NCBI GenBank assembly: GCA_964386485.1
Contig: CAYLTH010000004.1
Location: 318 to 64,317 of the forward strand
Direction of reading: 5' to 3'
DNA from: an uncultured Bacteroidales bacterium
GTDB lineage: Bacteria; Bacteroidota; Bacteroidia; Bacteroidales; CAIXZF01
DNA length: 64,000 nucleotides
The notes beneath the pieces are model-generated. The model searched no databases, had not been told where the DNA came from, and saw nothing but the letters and a program-made list of their open reading frames with translations. Position 1 is the stretch's first letter. Every line of letters starts with the position of its first letter. Both the position numbers and the translations under genes were made by a program. Of this stretch, positions 8,042 through 15,817 are shown piece after piece.

Positions 8042-9856
8042 TTAATGGGTCAGGACATTGTGCTCAACAAGCGGTTTTACGGCCTGCTTGTGCATGGCCA
8101 TTACAGTTATTTCTGCAATATCGAGCGTTTTGCAAAGATCCTGATTGCCAAGTGTTTTTTTGCACAATGGACAAGCTGTAACAAGGGTATCAGGATTATT
8201 TTCCAATAAAACACCCAGTGCATGATCCTTTAGTGCATCTTTCTGGCGGGAACTCAAGCAGGTATTCCCAAGACTTCCTCCGCAGCACAAAGAAAATGCT
8301 GCTTCCTGTTCGAGGGGTTGTAAATTCCCCATTTGATGAAGTACCTGGCGGGGAGGATTATAAATGCCCAAACCACGTCCGAGTTCACAGGGATCGTGGT
8401 AACTTAACAGCATTCCGGTATGCTCCACTTTGATTTTTTCCTTTTCAATGAGAAGATGAATTAATTCGCTATGGTGCATCAATTTGGCATCAACCTGGTA
8501 ATCTTCTTTGAATGTTTTCAGGCAAATGGGACAAGATGTCACAACAATTACCGGTTTTGATGTATTGATAATCAATTGATTGTGGTCAACCAAAGCCTGA
8601 GCTTCGGAATAGCGTCCGGCCATTTTAAGCGGGCGTCCGCAACAAGCCCCGCCTTGTTCATCCATAAAAAACCAACTCAGACCCGAGGCATTCAGGATGT
8701 CTACCATAGCCTTCTTAATACCGGGATTTAAATGAGTCATGCATCCTGCAAAATACAGTATTTCAGCATGCTGTGTTTTCCCACTGAACAGGTAGGTATA
8801 TGGGTTTTCGGGGGGAGCCGGCTGATATTCAACACGTCTTTGAACCCGGATATCGAGCGTATTGATTTTTACCGGGCAAATTTCCTCGCATCGTCCGCAA
8901 AGCAGGCAATTGAAGGCCTGTTGCTCATCATTCCGGTGATCGCGGATAGAATGAAAAAAATGTCCGGGAGGTATATTTTCCTGATCGATTACAGAGGCAA
9001 GCTGACATTTGTCGATGCAAACACCGCAACGCGGGCATGAAAACAATTCCATCTGACTGAAGTGATCAAACTTTTTTGACGGTTTCAGTTCATAATGACG
9101 GATAAAAATCAATACTACCTCTGCCGGGATATGCAGGTATCGGGTAAACGGGAGGCTTACAAAAAACACACCCAGAACGATGGAATAGGCCCACCAGGCT
9201 GGCAGGATCAGTTGTTCAGCGGGCAGAAATTCAGCCAGAACACGCCCCACATTATCGGTCAGAAATCCCCCCTGGTGATTGACACTGCTGGATAAACTTT
9301 CTGAAATCAACCGAAAAGGGAAAATCGCCCACAAGGCAAACAGCGCGATCCGGTCGCCCTTGTTAATATTGGTAGTTCGCTTTAAACCAAGCAGTCGTGA
9401 ATGCGTGCGTTTAATCAGAGCCAGTACCAATGCCGACAAAACAAACAACAACAACAGATCCATGAGATAGGTAAACAGTTGGTTGAAGGGCATCGTCGAT
9501 TTATCAACCAGCCAGTACTTAAAGAAAATCGGATAATATGGCGGATTGATTTCGGAACCACTATGGATTCGTGTTTCAATATTGCCAATGAGAATCAGTA
9601 AAAACCAGCCAAAAGCAAAAGTCATGTGCATATAGCCTAAAAGTCCGTGTACTCTGAACATTCGCTTATGCAACAGGCTCTCCCGAAAAACCTCGCGGAT
9701 CGCACGCATGGTTTTCCTGGTAAAAACATTCTTCCGGATCAGCTGGCTGTGTTCGGGAGTAAGTTTACGGCTCCAGAGGTAAAAACGGGTCAGCAATGCG
9801 ACCATCATAAAGATCACACCCAGACTGAACGGTATTACAAACGGATTCCAGATCAT
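8042..9856 (-). CDS. Fusion of a NarI/DsrM-like membrane domain with an HdrD/DsrK-like FeS and 2xCCG module
   Basis: 604 aa. About five N-terminal TM helices end in LPFTRYLHIPAE, which resembles the NarI-family PF(T/S)RLxH heme-ligand motif. Next come CPRCGVCIDKCQ and CLLCGRCEEICP. Two CCG-type regions follow (CMTH...CCGRP...CPIC and HDPC...CCGGS...CPLC). Confidence 0.8.
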   Translation of the reverse strand: MIWNPFVIPFSLGVIFMMVALLTRFYLWSRKLTPEHSQLIRKNVFTRKTMRAIREVFRESLLHKRMFRVHGLLGYMHMTFAFGWFLLILIGNIETRIHSGSEINPPYYPIFFKYWLVDKSTMPFNQLFTYLMDLLLLFVLSALVLALIKRTHSRLLGLKRTTNINKGDRIALFALWAIFPFRLISESLSSSVNHQGGFLTDNVGRVLAEFLPAEQLILPAWWAYSIVLGVFFVSLPFTRYLHIPAEVVLIFIRHYELKPSKKFDHFSQMELFSCPRCGVCIDKCQLASVIDQENIPPGHFFHSIRDHRNDEQQAFNCLLCGRCEEICPVKINTLDIRVQRRVEYQPAPPENPYTYLFSGKTQHAEILYFAGCMTHLNPGIKKAMVDILNASGLSWFFMDEQGGACCGRPLKMAGRYSEAQALVDHNQLIINTSKPVIVVTSCPICLKTFKEDYQVDAKLMHHSELIHLLIEKEKIKVEHTGMLLSYHDPCELGRGLGIYNPPRQVLHQMGNLQPLEQEAAFSLCCGGSLGNTCLSSRQKDALKDHALGVLLENNPDTLVTACPLCKKTLGNQDLCKTLDIAEITVMAMHKQAVKPLVEHNVLTH

Positions 9857-9859
9857 AGG

Positions 9860-10180
9860 TTAAAGTATTCGGTTCAGTTCATGGAGCACATTCCGGGTAT
9901 TCACACCCCGCGGGCAGACCAGCTGGCATTTCCCGCACAACATGCATTTGCGAATTTCCTCTTTTAACTGTTTCAGTTCACCCCGGTTCAGCATCAACAT
10001 CATATGCCTCAGACTGAAGCTTGTATAAATTCCGGCTGTGCAGGTGGCAGTACAACTCCCGCATTGAATGCAGGTATCAGCACTTGGTTCCCGTCGAATA
10101 AGCTCAGTGTAGAGACTGTGATCATTCTCATCCCAGACTATCTGCCGGTCGGTTTTTAATCCATATCCCCAATCAGCCAT
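9860..10180 (-). CDS. Small 2x[4Fe-4S] HdrC-like protein
   Basis: I trimmed the 161-aa track ORF to the ATG at 10180 (MADWGYG...), giving 106 aa. That ATG overlaps the HdrA-like stop as ATGGCTGA. Motifs are CIQCGSCTATC and CMLCGKCQLVCP. Confidence 0.75.
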   Translation of the reverse strand: MADWGYGLKTDRQIVWDENDHSLYTELIRREPSADTCIQCGSCTATCTAGIYTSFSLRHMMLMLNRGELKQLKEEIRKCMLCGKCQLVCPRGVNTRNVLHELNRIL

Positions 10181-11213
10181 GATGCTTTTGTTTAAAATAT
10201 TCATCAATCTGAAGGGCTGCTGCCCGGGCATCCGCAAGCGTTTCTTCCACATTTTTTGGTGCTTTGCAGGCTCCGGCGAGAAAAACACCCTGAACCCCGG
10301 ATAATTGTGCACTATAATGTTCATCTGCCGGTTTGAAAAAACCATTCGGATTTAAATCCAGACCAAACATGGTACTGAGTTGAGCTGTGGAAGAAGCCGG
10401 AAGCATTCCAACCATCAGTACCATAAGATCTACATTGAGTCTCAAAGGTTTGGCAGCCAGCGTATCTTCAACCTTGACCATCACACTTCCATCCTGATTT
10501 TCAAATGATTCCGACAGGCGACCCCGGATAAAACGAATCCCATATTTTTCCTGAGCTTCTTTGTATAATTCCTCATAACCCAGTCCAAACATACGCATAT
10601 CCATATAAAAGAGAAATATCTCAGCATCCGGAAGCTGTTGCTTCATTTCTATGGCCTGTTTGACTGCTGTTACACAACACACCTTCGAGCAATGGCGTAC
10701 CCCAACCTTTTCATCACGGGATCCGACACAATGAATAAAGGCAATCCGGTTAAGATCTTCGCCATTCCGTCTTTTTGGCAGCTGATGCTGTGCAAACATA
10801 TACTCCAGATCAGCGGAGGTAATGACATGATCGTAAATGCCATACCCATATTCTTCCTTTCGATGAGCATCAAACACATCAAATCCGGTAGCAATCAGAA
10901 CGGCGTCGGCATGGAAGCTGTTACCAGGCTGATCAAGGAGGATATCAAATCCGTCGTTTACCTTTATTTCCTGGATTGAGGCACCCTTCAGCACTGCAGT
11001 ATTCCCGTCCAGTCTGGCAAGCAAATGATCCAATACTTCATCTGATTTACGAATGGAGGGAAAAAGATGATCCCATTTTCGCAGATGCCCGCCAATTTCC
11101 TGTTCTTTCTCCAGTAAAACAACATAATAACCCATCCTGTCGAGAATGGCAGCAGCCTCAATCCCGGCAGGACCGGCCCCGATTATTGCTACAGTTTTGG
11201 TTTCCGGATTCAT
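10173..11213 (-). CDS. Minimal HdrA-like FAD/[4Fe-4S] flavoprotein
   Basis: 346 aa. It has a dinucleotide-binding fold (VAIIGAGPAGIEAA...LEKEQEIGG). HdrA cluster cysteines are present (FIHCVGSRDE, HCSKVCC, LAGACKAPKN). There are no ferredoxin-type or inserted domains. Its ATG overlaps the HdrB-like stop (ATGA). Confidence 0.8.
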   Translation of the reverse strand: MNPETKTVAIIGAGPAGIEAAAILDRMGYYVVLLEKEQEIGGHLRKWDHLFPSIRKSDEVLDHLLARLDGNTAVLKGASIQEIKVNDGFDILLDQPGNSFHADAVLIATGFDVFDAHRKEEYGYGIYDHVITSADLEYMFAQHQLPKRRNGEDLNRIAFIHCVGSRDEKVGVRHCSKVCCVTAVKQAIEMKQQLPDAEIFLFYMDMRMFGLGYEELYKEAQEKYGIRFIRGRLSESFENQDGSVMVKVEDTLAAKPLRLNVDLMVLMVGMLPASSTAQLSTMFGLDLNPNGFFKPADEHYSAQLSGVQGVFLAGACKAPKNVEETLADARAAALQIDEYFKQKHHG

Positions 11214-12280
11214 ATAAAATTAAGATTCGATGTATGATGGGGTTTTCCGAGATCTTTCCCGTCGAGCCCTTTGTATTTCTTGCTTTTATCGTAAACGATC
11301 CCGATCCGGTCCATCAATGACTCTGCTCCTACCTGATGTACCTGGAGACCCAGATCCCAGGGATCATACCCCAACACCAGTCCGGCCAGTTCCTCATAGG
11401 TCATAACCGGAATGCCCTGCCCGTTGTACCCATAGGTTTTCCCTTCCATTTCACTGATGGCATATTGCCAGCGATCTAGAAACATGGGGCAGCCCGGACA
11501 ATTGGTGAGGATCAGATCAGGATGATAGGGTTCCATGGAATCAAATTTCTTCTTGGAACAGGAGAGTGAATAACCCCGATTCGCTTTTATTACATATTGC
11601 CGGAAGCCAAAACCACAGCAATGACGGCGTTCGGGGTAATCAATCACTTCGCCACCCCATTCTTCAATCATTCCAACCAGAACATAGGGATATTCGGCTC
11701 CGCCCACACCTTTTCCGGGAAACATCTTGGCATAATGACAACCAATATGCTCGACAATCCGAATGGGTTCACCTGTATCTTTATCAACCAGTTTATATTT
11801 TGCTTTAGCGGCAATTTCTTTTCTGAATTTATAGATGATATCGCTGGCATGGGCCAGATTTTCGGGTTTATTGAATTCCCGCTTGGTGGCTTTCCATAAG
11901 AATTCACGAATGCGGGCTTCAATTTCCGGGAAATGGTGCCAGGTATCGAGTACTTCGGTGTACAAACCAAATGATGTTATACAGGAAGGAACAAAATTTT
12001 TATATCCGGCTTCCGTCATCAGTGAGAACTGCCTGGCAACCACCGTCATGGTTGTATCCATTGGAACAACATCCGTGTGATATCCAATTCCGGTGCAGGA
12101 GGTATGGATTGCCTGATCACAGACATCCTTGTTCAATTCTGTTTGCAGTATCTTTAAAAAGGCAGTTTCTGAACCCGGAAAAAAAGTTTGCCGGACACAA
12201 CTGCGTACATAATAATAGTGATCATCAGCGATTTCCTTTTGATAATCCTGCCAGATTTTGCGTTTTCCTTCTTCTTTCAT
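11210..12280 (-). CDS. HdrB-like CCG-domain protein
   Basis: I trimmed the track ORF to the ATG at 12280 (MKEEGKRK...), 1 nt after the upstream stop, giving 356 aa. The C-terminal half has a complete CCG signature (GCHYAK...HCCGFG...NCPGCP). The N-terminal half is a degenerate copy (SCVRQ...SCTG...PSC). Confidence 0.75.
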   Translation of the reverse strand: MKEEGKRKIWQDYQKEIADDHYYYVRSCVRQTFFPGSETAFLKILQTELNKDVCDQAIHTSCTGIGYHTDVVPMDTTMTVVARQFSLMTEAGYKNFVPSCITSFGLYTEVLDTWHHFPEIEARIREFLWKATKREFNKPENLAHASDIIYKFRKEIAAKAKYKLVDKDTGEPIRIVEHIGCHYAKMFPGKGVGGAEYPYVLVGMIEEWGGEVIDYPERRHCCGFGFRQYVIKANRGYSLSCSKKKFDSMEPYHPDLILTNCPGCPMFLDRWQYAISEMEGKTYGYNGQGIPVMTYEELAGLVLGYDPWDLGLQVHQVGAESLMDRIGIVYDKSKKYKGLDGKDLGKPHHTSNLNFI

Positions 12281-12281
12281 A

Positions 12282-12965
12282 TCAACCGTAAATCGTTTTA
12301 AAATAAGGATTGTCCATCCCGTCATCCAGTTTCTCTCCCCGTTCAGCTGCTTTCCTCCTGGAACAATCCTCAATGTGAGCATATCGATTCAATCCGCCTG
12401 TTACTTCAAATATTTTCCTGATTTCATCCATTGATTCTTCCGGAATAGTACGCATAGCCCCGGGGCCGCTTCCCTGAAAATTTGCCCCGAGCCGTGCCAT
12501 TACATCGGGCATATTGGCCAGTTCCCATTCCCACATCGGACCCTGTTCCGGATGATTCTCAAAGCTTATCTCATTGGGAATCAGACAATAACCATGTTTA
12601 AGTATCCAGTCGCCAATTATTCGTTTGACAGCCAGTTGCTGCCGGCCTTTTTCCGACTCTGTAAAAAATCCCATTTCCTGCGAAAGATTCCGCAAGGCCA
12701 TAATGACCAGTCCTGGAGCATTATCCCGCGGGCAGCGTGTTTTACATGACATACATTCGCCGCAGTACCAGATCATGTCCGATTTCAGAAGTTCTTCAAT
12801 CTGCTGTTCATCTTTCGACTGAAGAATATCAATTAATTGTCTGGGGTCATAATTCCAAAATTCAGCCGCAGGGCAGATGGCTGTACAGGTTCCGCAATGA
12901 ATGCAGGCTTTCAGGCCTTCGATGAAGCGGACATCCTGCATCAGTTTATCATAAAGTACTCCCAT
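12282..12965 (-). CDS. HdrC-like 2x[4Fe-4S] protein
   Basis: 227 aa. Motifs are CIHCGTCTAICP and CGECMSCKTRCP. First gene of the operon. Confidence 0.8.
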   Translation of the reverse strand: MGVLYDKLMQDVRFIEGLKACIHCGTCTAICPAAEFWNYDPRQLIDILQSKDEQQIEELLKSDMIWYCGECMSCKTRCPRDNAPGLVIMALRNLSQEMGFFTESEKGRQQLAVKRIIGDWILKHGYCLIPNEISFENHPEQGPMWEWELANMPDVMARLGANFQGSGPGAMRTIPEESMDEIRKIFEVTGGLNRYAHIEDCSRRKAAERGEKLDDGMDNPYFKTIYG

Positions 12966-13048
12966 AATACAGAACTCTCTATTTATTCGTTCGCAAATTC
13001 ATAGCCTGTAGGTTTAAATTTCTAATACAGGCAGATCAGTTGGACGTT

Positions 13049-13056
13049 CAAATTTA
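13049..13056 (-). promoter_or_regulatory. Candidate Bacteroidota -7 box (TAAATTTG) for the Hdr-like operon
   Basis: The plus strand reads CAAATTTA, so the minus strand matches TAnnTTTG. It lies 84 nt upstream of the HdrC-like ATG. Confidence 0.35.
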
Positions 13057-13116
13057 GTGAATTCTCTCCAATCAGGCAATCCCATATCTAATATTTTATC
13101 GATCTGATTGACTAGC

Positions 13117-13132
13117 TGTTAGCATATTAACC
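13117..13132. promoter_or_regulatory. Second copy of the CRP/FNR-like palindrome, TGTTA-GCATAT-TAACC
   Basis: Read directly. It has one mismatch in the right half-site relative to 1393-1408. It lies in the divergent region between the Hdr-like operon and the ompA-family gene. Both copies are preceded by GATTGA. Confidence 0.3.
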
Positions 13133-13250
13133 CTCAAAAAAATTAAATATTTTTTAACAAATATGAACCAAACGGAGTGCTAAATTGTATATTTACCATG
13201 CTGTTGCCCGAACACCACATATAATATAATACTAACCAAACCCCTTTATT

Positions 13251-14333
13251 ATGAAAATTAAAGCGTTAACCCTGCTCGTGCTTTTCGCACTGTTAAGCTC
13301 AAGTCTGTTTAGCCAGACAAAAGAAAATCCAAATGCCATCGGTCTTTTTGGACTGAAACATTGCTATGTAGGAAGCCTTGGCAATGGCTTCGGTGATTTC
13401 AGCCAGCCATTTAATGGATTCGTGGGTGTTTCATTTTTGAAATACTACGATAACAATCTCAATTTCAGCCTCAACGCCGATTTTGGCAAACTGGCTTATG
13501 AAAAAAATGAGAAAAAGACCTATGAAGAAAACCTGACTCATCTGAGTTTACGGGTTCATTACAAATTTGCCAACGGATATATTCTTCCTGAAGATGCCCG
13601 TTTTGCTCCTTTCCTCACTTCAGGGATCGGACTTGCCTTTTTTGGTGGTGATGACAAAATTGAAAAACACAAAGATGTTCTTTTCCCGCTTGGAATCGGA
13701 TTCAACTATCGTATCAACGATAAATGGGCATTGCAGTATCAGGGAAATATGAACATTACCGTGATGAAATATCCCAAAGATGGCAAAGGTCAATCATCTG
13801 AAGATCATTTCTTTGGACATTCTTTGGGTGTAGTTTATTCGATGGCTTCCTGCTGCAAAAACAAAGGCACCAAAGACAAAGATTCTGATGGTGATGGTGT
13901 TATGGATCGTGCTGATAAATGTCCGGGTACTCCAAAAGGTGTAAAAGTGGATATTGATGGATGTCCGGTTGTAAGTGCCGAAACCAAAAAAATTCTCGAC
14001 GATGCCATTACCGGTGTTCAGTTTGAAACATCAAAAGATGTGATCACCACCGAATCATTCCCGATTCTCGACAATGTAGTCAATGTCATGAAAAACAACC
14101 CGGCCTACAAACTGGAAATCAACGGACACACTGACAATCAGGGAGATGATGCCATGAATCTGGATTTATCCAAACGTCGTGCTGCTGCTGTAAAGAAATA
14201 TCTGGTTAGCAAAGGAGTTGCCGAAAACCGCCTGAAAGATCAGGGATTTGGCGAAACCAAACCGATTGCTGATAACAATACTGCTGAAGGCAGAGCAAAA
14301 AACCGCCGTGTAGAGTTTAAAATCGTTTTCTAA
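13251..14333 (+). CDS. OmpA-family outer-membrane protein with thrombospondin type-3-like repeat
   Basis: 360 aa. It has a signal peptide, an N-terminal beta-barrel-like region, a DKDSDGDGVMDRADKCP calcium-binding repeat, and a C-terminal OmpA domain (INGHTDNQGDDAMNLDLSKRRAAAV...NRRVEFKIV). Confidence 0.9.
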   Translation: MKIKALTLLVLFALLSSSLFSQTKENPNAIGLFGLKHCYVGSLGNGFGDFSQPFNGFVGVSFLKYYDNNLNFSLNADFGKLAYEKNEKKTYEENLTHLSLRVHYKFANGYILPEDARFAPFLTSGIGLAFFGGDDKIEKHKDVLFPLGIGFNYRINDKWALQYQGNMNITVMKYPKDGKGQSSEDHFFGHSLGVVYSMASCCKNKGTKDKDSDGDGVMDRADKCPGTPKGVKVDIDGCPVVSAETKKILDDAITGVQFETSKDVITTESFPILDNVVNVMKNNPAYKLEINGHTDNQGDDAMNLDLSKRRAAAVKKYLVSKGVAENRLKDQGFGETKPIADNNTAEGRAKNRRVEFKIVF

Positions 14334-14355
14334 AATCTGTTTTAAATAATTGATT

Positions 14356-14391
14356 AAAAGGCTGTTCTGCGAAAGCGGGGCAGCCTTTTTT
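14356..14391 (+). terminator. Rho-independent terminator after the ompA-family gene
   Basis: AAAAGGCTG at 14356-14364 pairs with CAGCCTTTT at 14381-14389. There is an inner CTGC-GAAA-GCGG extension, and the structure is followed by T residues. Confidence 0.8.
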
Positions 14392-14392
14392 A

Positions 14393-14420
14393 GTGACGCG
14401 TGACGCGTGACGGGTGACGG
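14393..14420. repeat. Heptamer tandem repeat GTGACGC GTGACGC GTGACGG GTGACGG
   Basis: Read directly. There are four contiguous 7-nt units between the terminator and the purB promoter. Confidence 0.9.
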
Positions 14421-14430
14421 GAAGATTCAC

Positions 14431-14438
14431 TATCTTTG
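14431..14438 (+). promoter_or_regulatory. -7 box TATCTTTG (purB promoter)
   Basis: Matches the established Bacteroidota sigma-A -7 consensus TAnnTTTG. It lies 19 nt upstream of the purB ATG. Confidence 0.6.
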
Positions 14439-14456
14439 CACATAAATTGATGATTT

Positions 14457-15800
14457 ATGGATTTTCCTGCATTACATGCTATTTCTCCGGTTGATGGTCG
14501 GTATCGCCGTGTAACTGAACCTCTTGCAGACTATTTTAGTGAAGCTGCTGTAATCCGGTACAGAATTATTGTAGAAATTCGGTATTTCCTGGCACTGCAT
14601 ACGTATAAGCTTCCACAGCTACAATCGGTATCAGCCGGACAAATTCAGCAACTTGAACAACTGGAAAAGGATTTGTGCATAGATGATGCTCAAGCTGTTA
14701 AAGCCATTGAGAAGATCACCAATCATGATGTAAAATCGGTGGAAATGTTCCTCCGCGATAAATTTGATGTGTTTGGAATGCAGGCCTTTAAGGAATTTAT
14801 TCACTTTGGTCTTACCTCGCAGGATATCAACAACACGGCCTTTCCCATGGCCATGAAGGATGCACATGAAAACCTGATCATGCCTGCAATCCTGAGGGTT
14901 ATTGAGAAACTTAAAGGCATGGCAGAGGAATGGAAAGACATCCCGATGCCAGCCCATACCCATGGACAACCTGCTTCCCCTACCCGACTTGGAAAAGAAA
15001 TTCTGGTGTTTACTGAACGTCTTGAGGAACAACTGGCATATTTCAGCTACATCCCCTTTTCCGGCAAATTCGGTGGTGCTACCGGTAATCTGAATGCTCA
15101 CTATGTGGCCTATCCTGACCTTGACTGGAAGGAATTTGCCAACCGGTTTTTGTCGGACCGTCTTAACCTTAAACGCCAGCAAACCACTACACAGATTGAA
15201 CATTACGATCATATGGCGGCCTATTTCGACAATCTGAAGCGCATACATACCATCCTGCTCGACCTTTGTCGCGATATGTGGACCTATATTTCGATGGAAT
15301 ATTTCAAACAACGGGTTGTTGCCAACGAGGTTGGAAGTTCAGCCATGCCACATAAGGTTAATCCCATAGATTTTGAAAATGCGGAAGGGAATTTCGGGAT
15401 TGCCAATGCCATCCTGGAACATCTTTCGGCTAAACTGCCGATTTCAAGGCTGCAGCGCGATCTGACCGATTCCACCGTCATCCGGAATATCGGAGTGCCA
15501 CTCGGGCACAGCCTGATAGCCCTTACGAGTCTGCTTAAGGGATTAAACAAAATCACCCTGAATCAAAGTAAACTGGAGGCCGGTCTTGAGGCAAACTGGG
15601 CCGTGGTAGCCGAAGCCGTTCAAACCATTTTGCGACGTGAATGCTATCCGGATCCTTATAATGCACTCAAAGCGCTTACCCGGACAGGTGGGAGCATTAC
15701 ACGAGAAACAATACGCCAATTTATTGATCAACTGAACGTCAGCAATTCTGTTAAAACAGAGTTACACGCAATCACACCCCATAATTACACCGGAAAATAA
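14457..15800 (+). CDS. purB: Adenylosuccinate lyase
   Basis: 447 aa. Matching segments include LHAISPVDGRYR, the fumarate-lyase signature region (GSSAMPHKVNPIDFEN) and LTSQDINNTA. Confidence 0.95.
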   Translation: MDFPALHAISPVDGRYRRVTEPLADYFSEAAVIRYRIIVEIRYFLALHTYKLPQLQSVSAGQIQQLEQLEKDLCIDDAQAVKAIEKITNHDVKSVEMFLRDKFDVFGMQAFKEFIHFGLTSQDINNTAFPMAMKDAHENLIMPAILRVIEKLKGMAEEWKDIPMPAHTHGQPASPTRLGKEILVFTERLEEQLAYFSYIPFSGKFGGATGNLNAHYVAYPDLDWKEFANRFLSDRLNLKRQQTTTQIEHYDHMAAYFDNLKRIHTILLDLCRDMWTYISMEYFKQRVVANEVGSSAMPHKVNPIDFENAEGNFGIANAILEHLSAKLPISRLQRDLTDSTVIRNIGVPLGHSLIALTSLLKGLNKITLNQSKLEAGLEANWAVVAEAVQTILRRECYPDPYNALKALTRTGGSITRETIRQFIDQLNVSNSVKTELHAITPHNYTGK

Positions 15801-15817
15801 ACTGTTAGTCAGCCTGT

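Noticed and set aside
9860-10345. Long N-terminal extensions of track ORFs 9860-10345, 11210-12382, 18051-18917, 45514-46068 and 53848-55119
   Set aside because: The extensions overlap upstream genes or promoter boxes. In-frame ATGs at the upstream stop (10180, 12280, 46035), 20 nt before it (18114) or downstream of a -7 box (55071) give canonical N-termini, so the CDSs were trimmed.
8042-12965. Calling the cluster a canonical sulfur-oxidising sHdr system or a methanogen-type CoB-CoM heterodisulfide reductase
   Set aside because: No lipoate-binding protein, DsrE, TusA or sHdrH gene is nearby, and no MvhADG/Fdh partner. The HdrA is the short form, and the last redox gene is a membrane fusion. 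Only the generic label Hdr-like is supportable from sequence.
13041-13056. GTTCAAAT resembling a tRNA T-loop
   Set aside because: The flanking bases cannot form a T-stem, and there are no acceptor or anticodon arms. It overlaps the candidate -7 box instead.
14393-14420. Short tandem repeats (here and at 6662-6701) as a possible CRISPR array
   Set aside because: The units are 7-8 nt and contiguous, with no spacers. No cas genes are in the window.
14631-15311. 226-aa minus-strand ORF in the track
   Set aside because: It is entirely antisense to purB, whose translation carries unmistakable adenylosuccinate lyase motifs. The antisense product is low-complexity with no recognisable motif.
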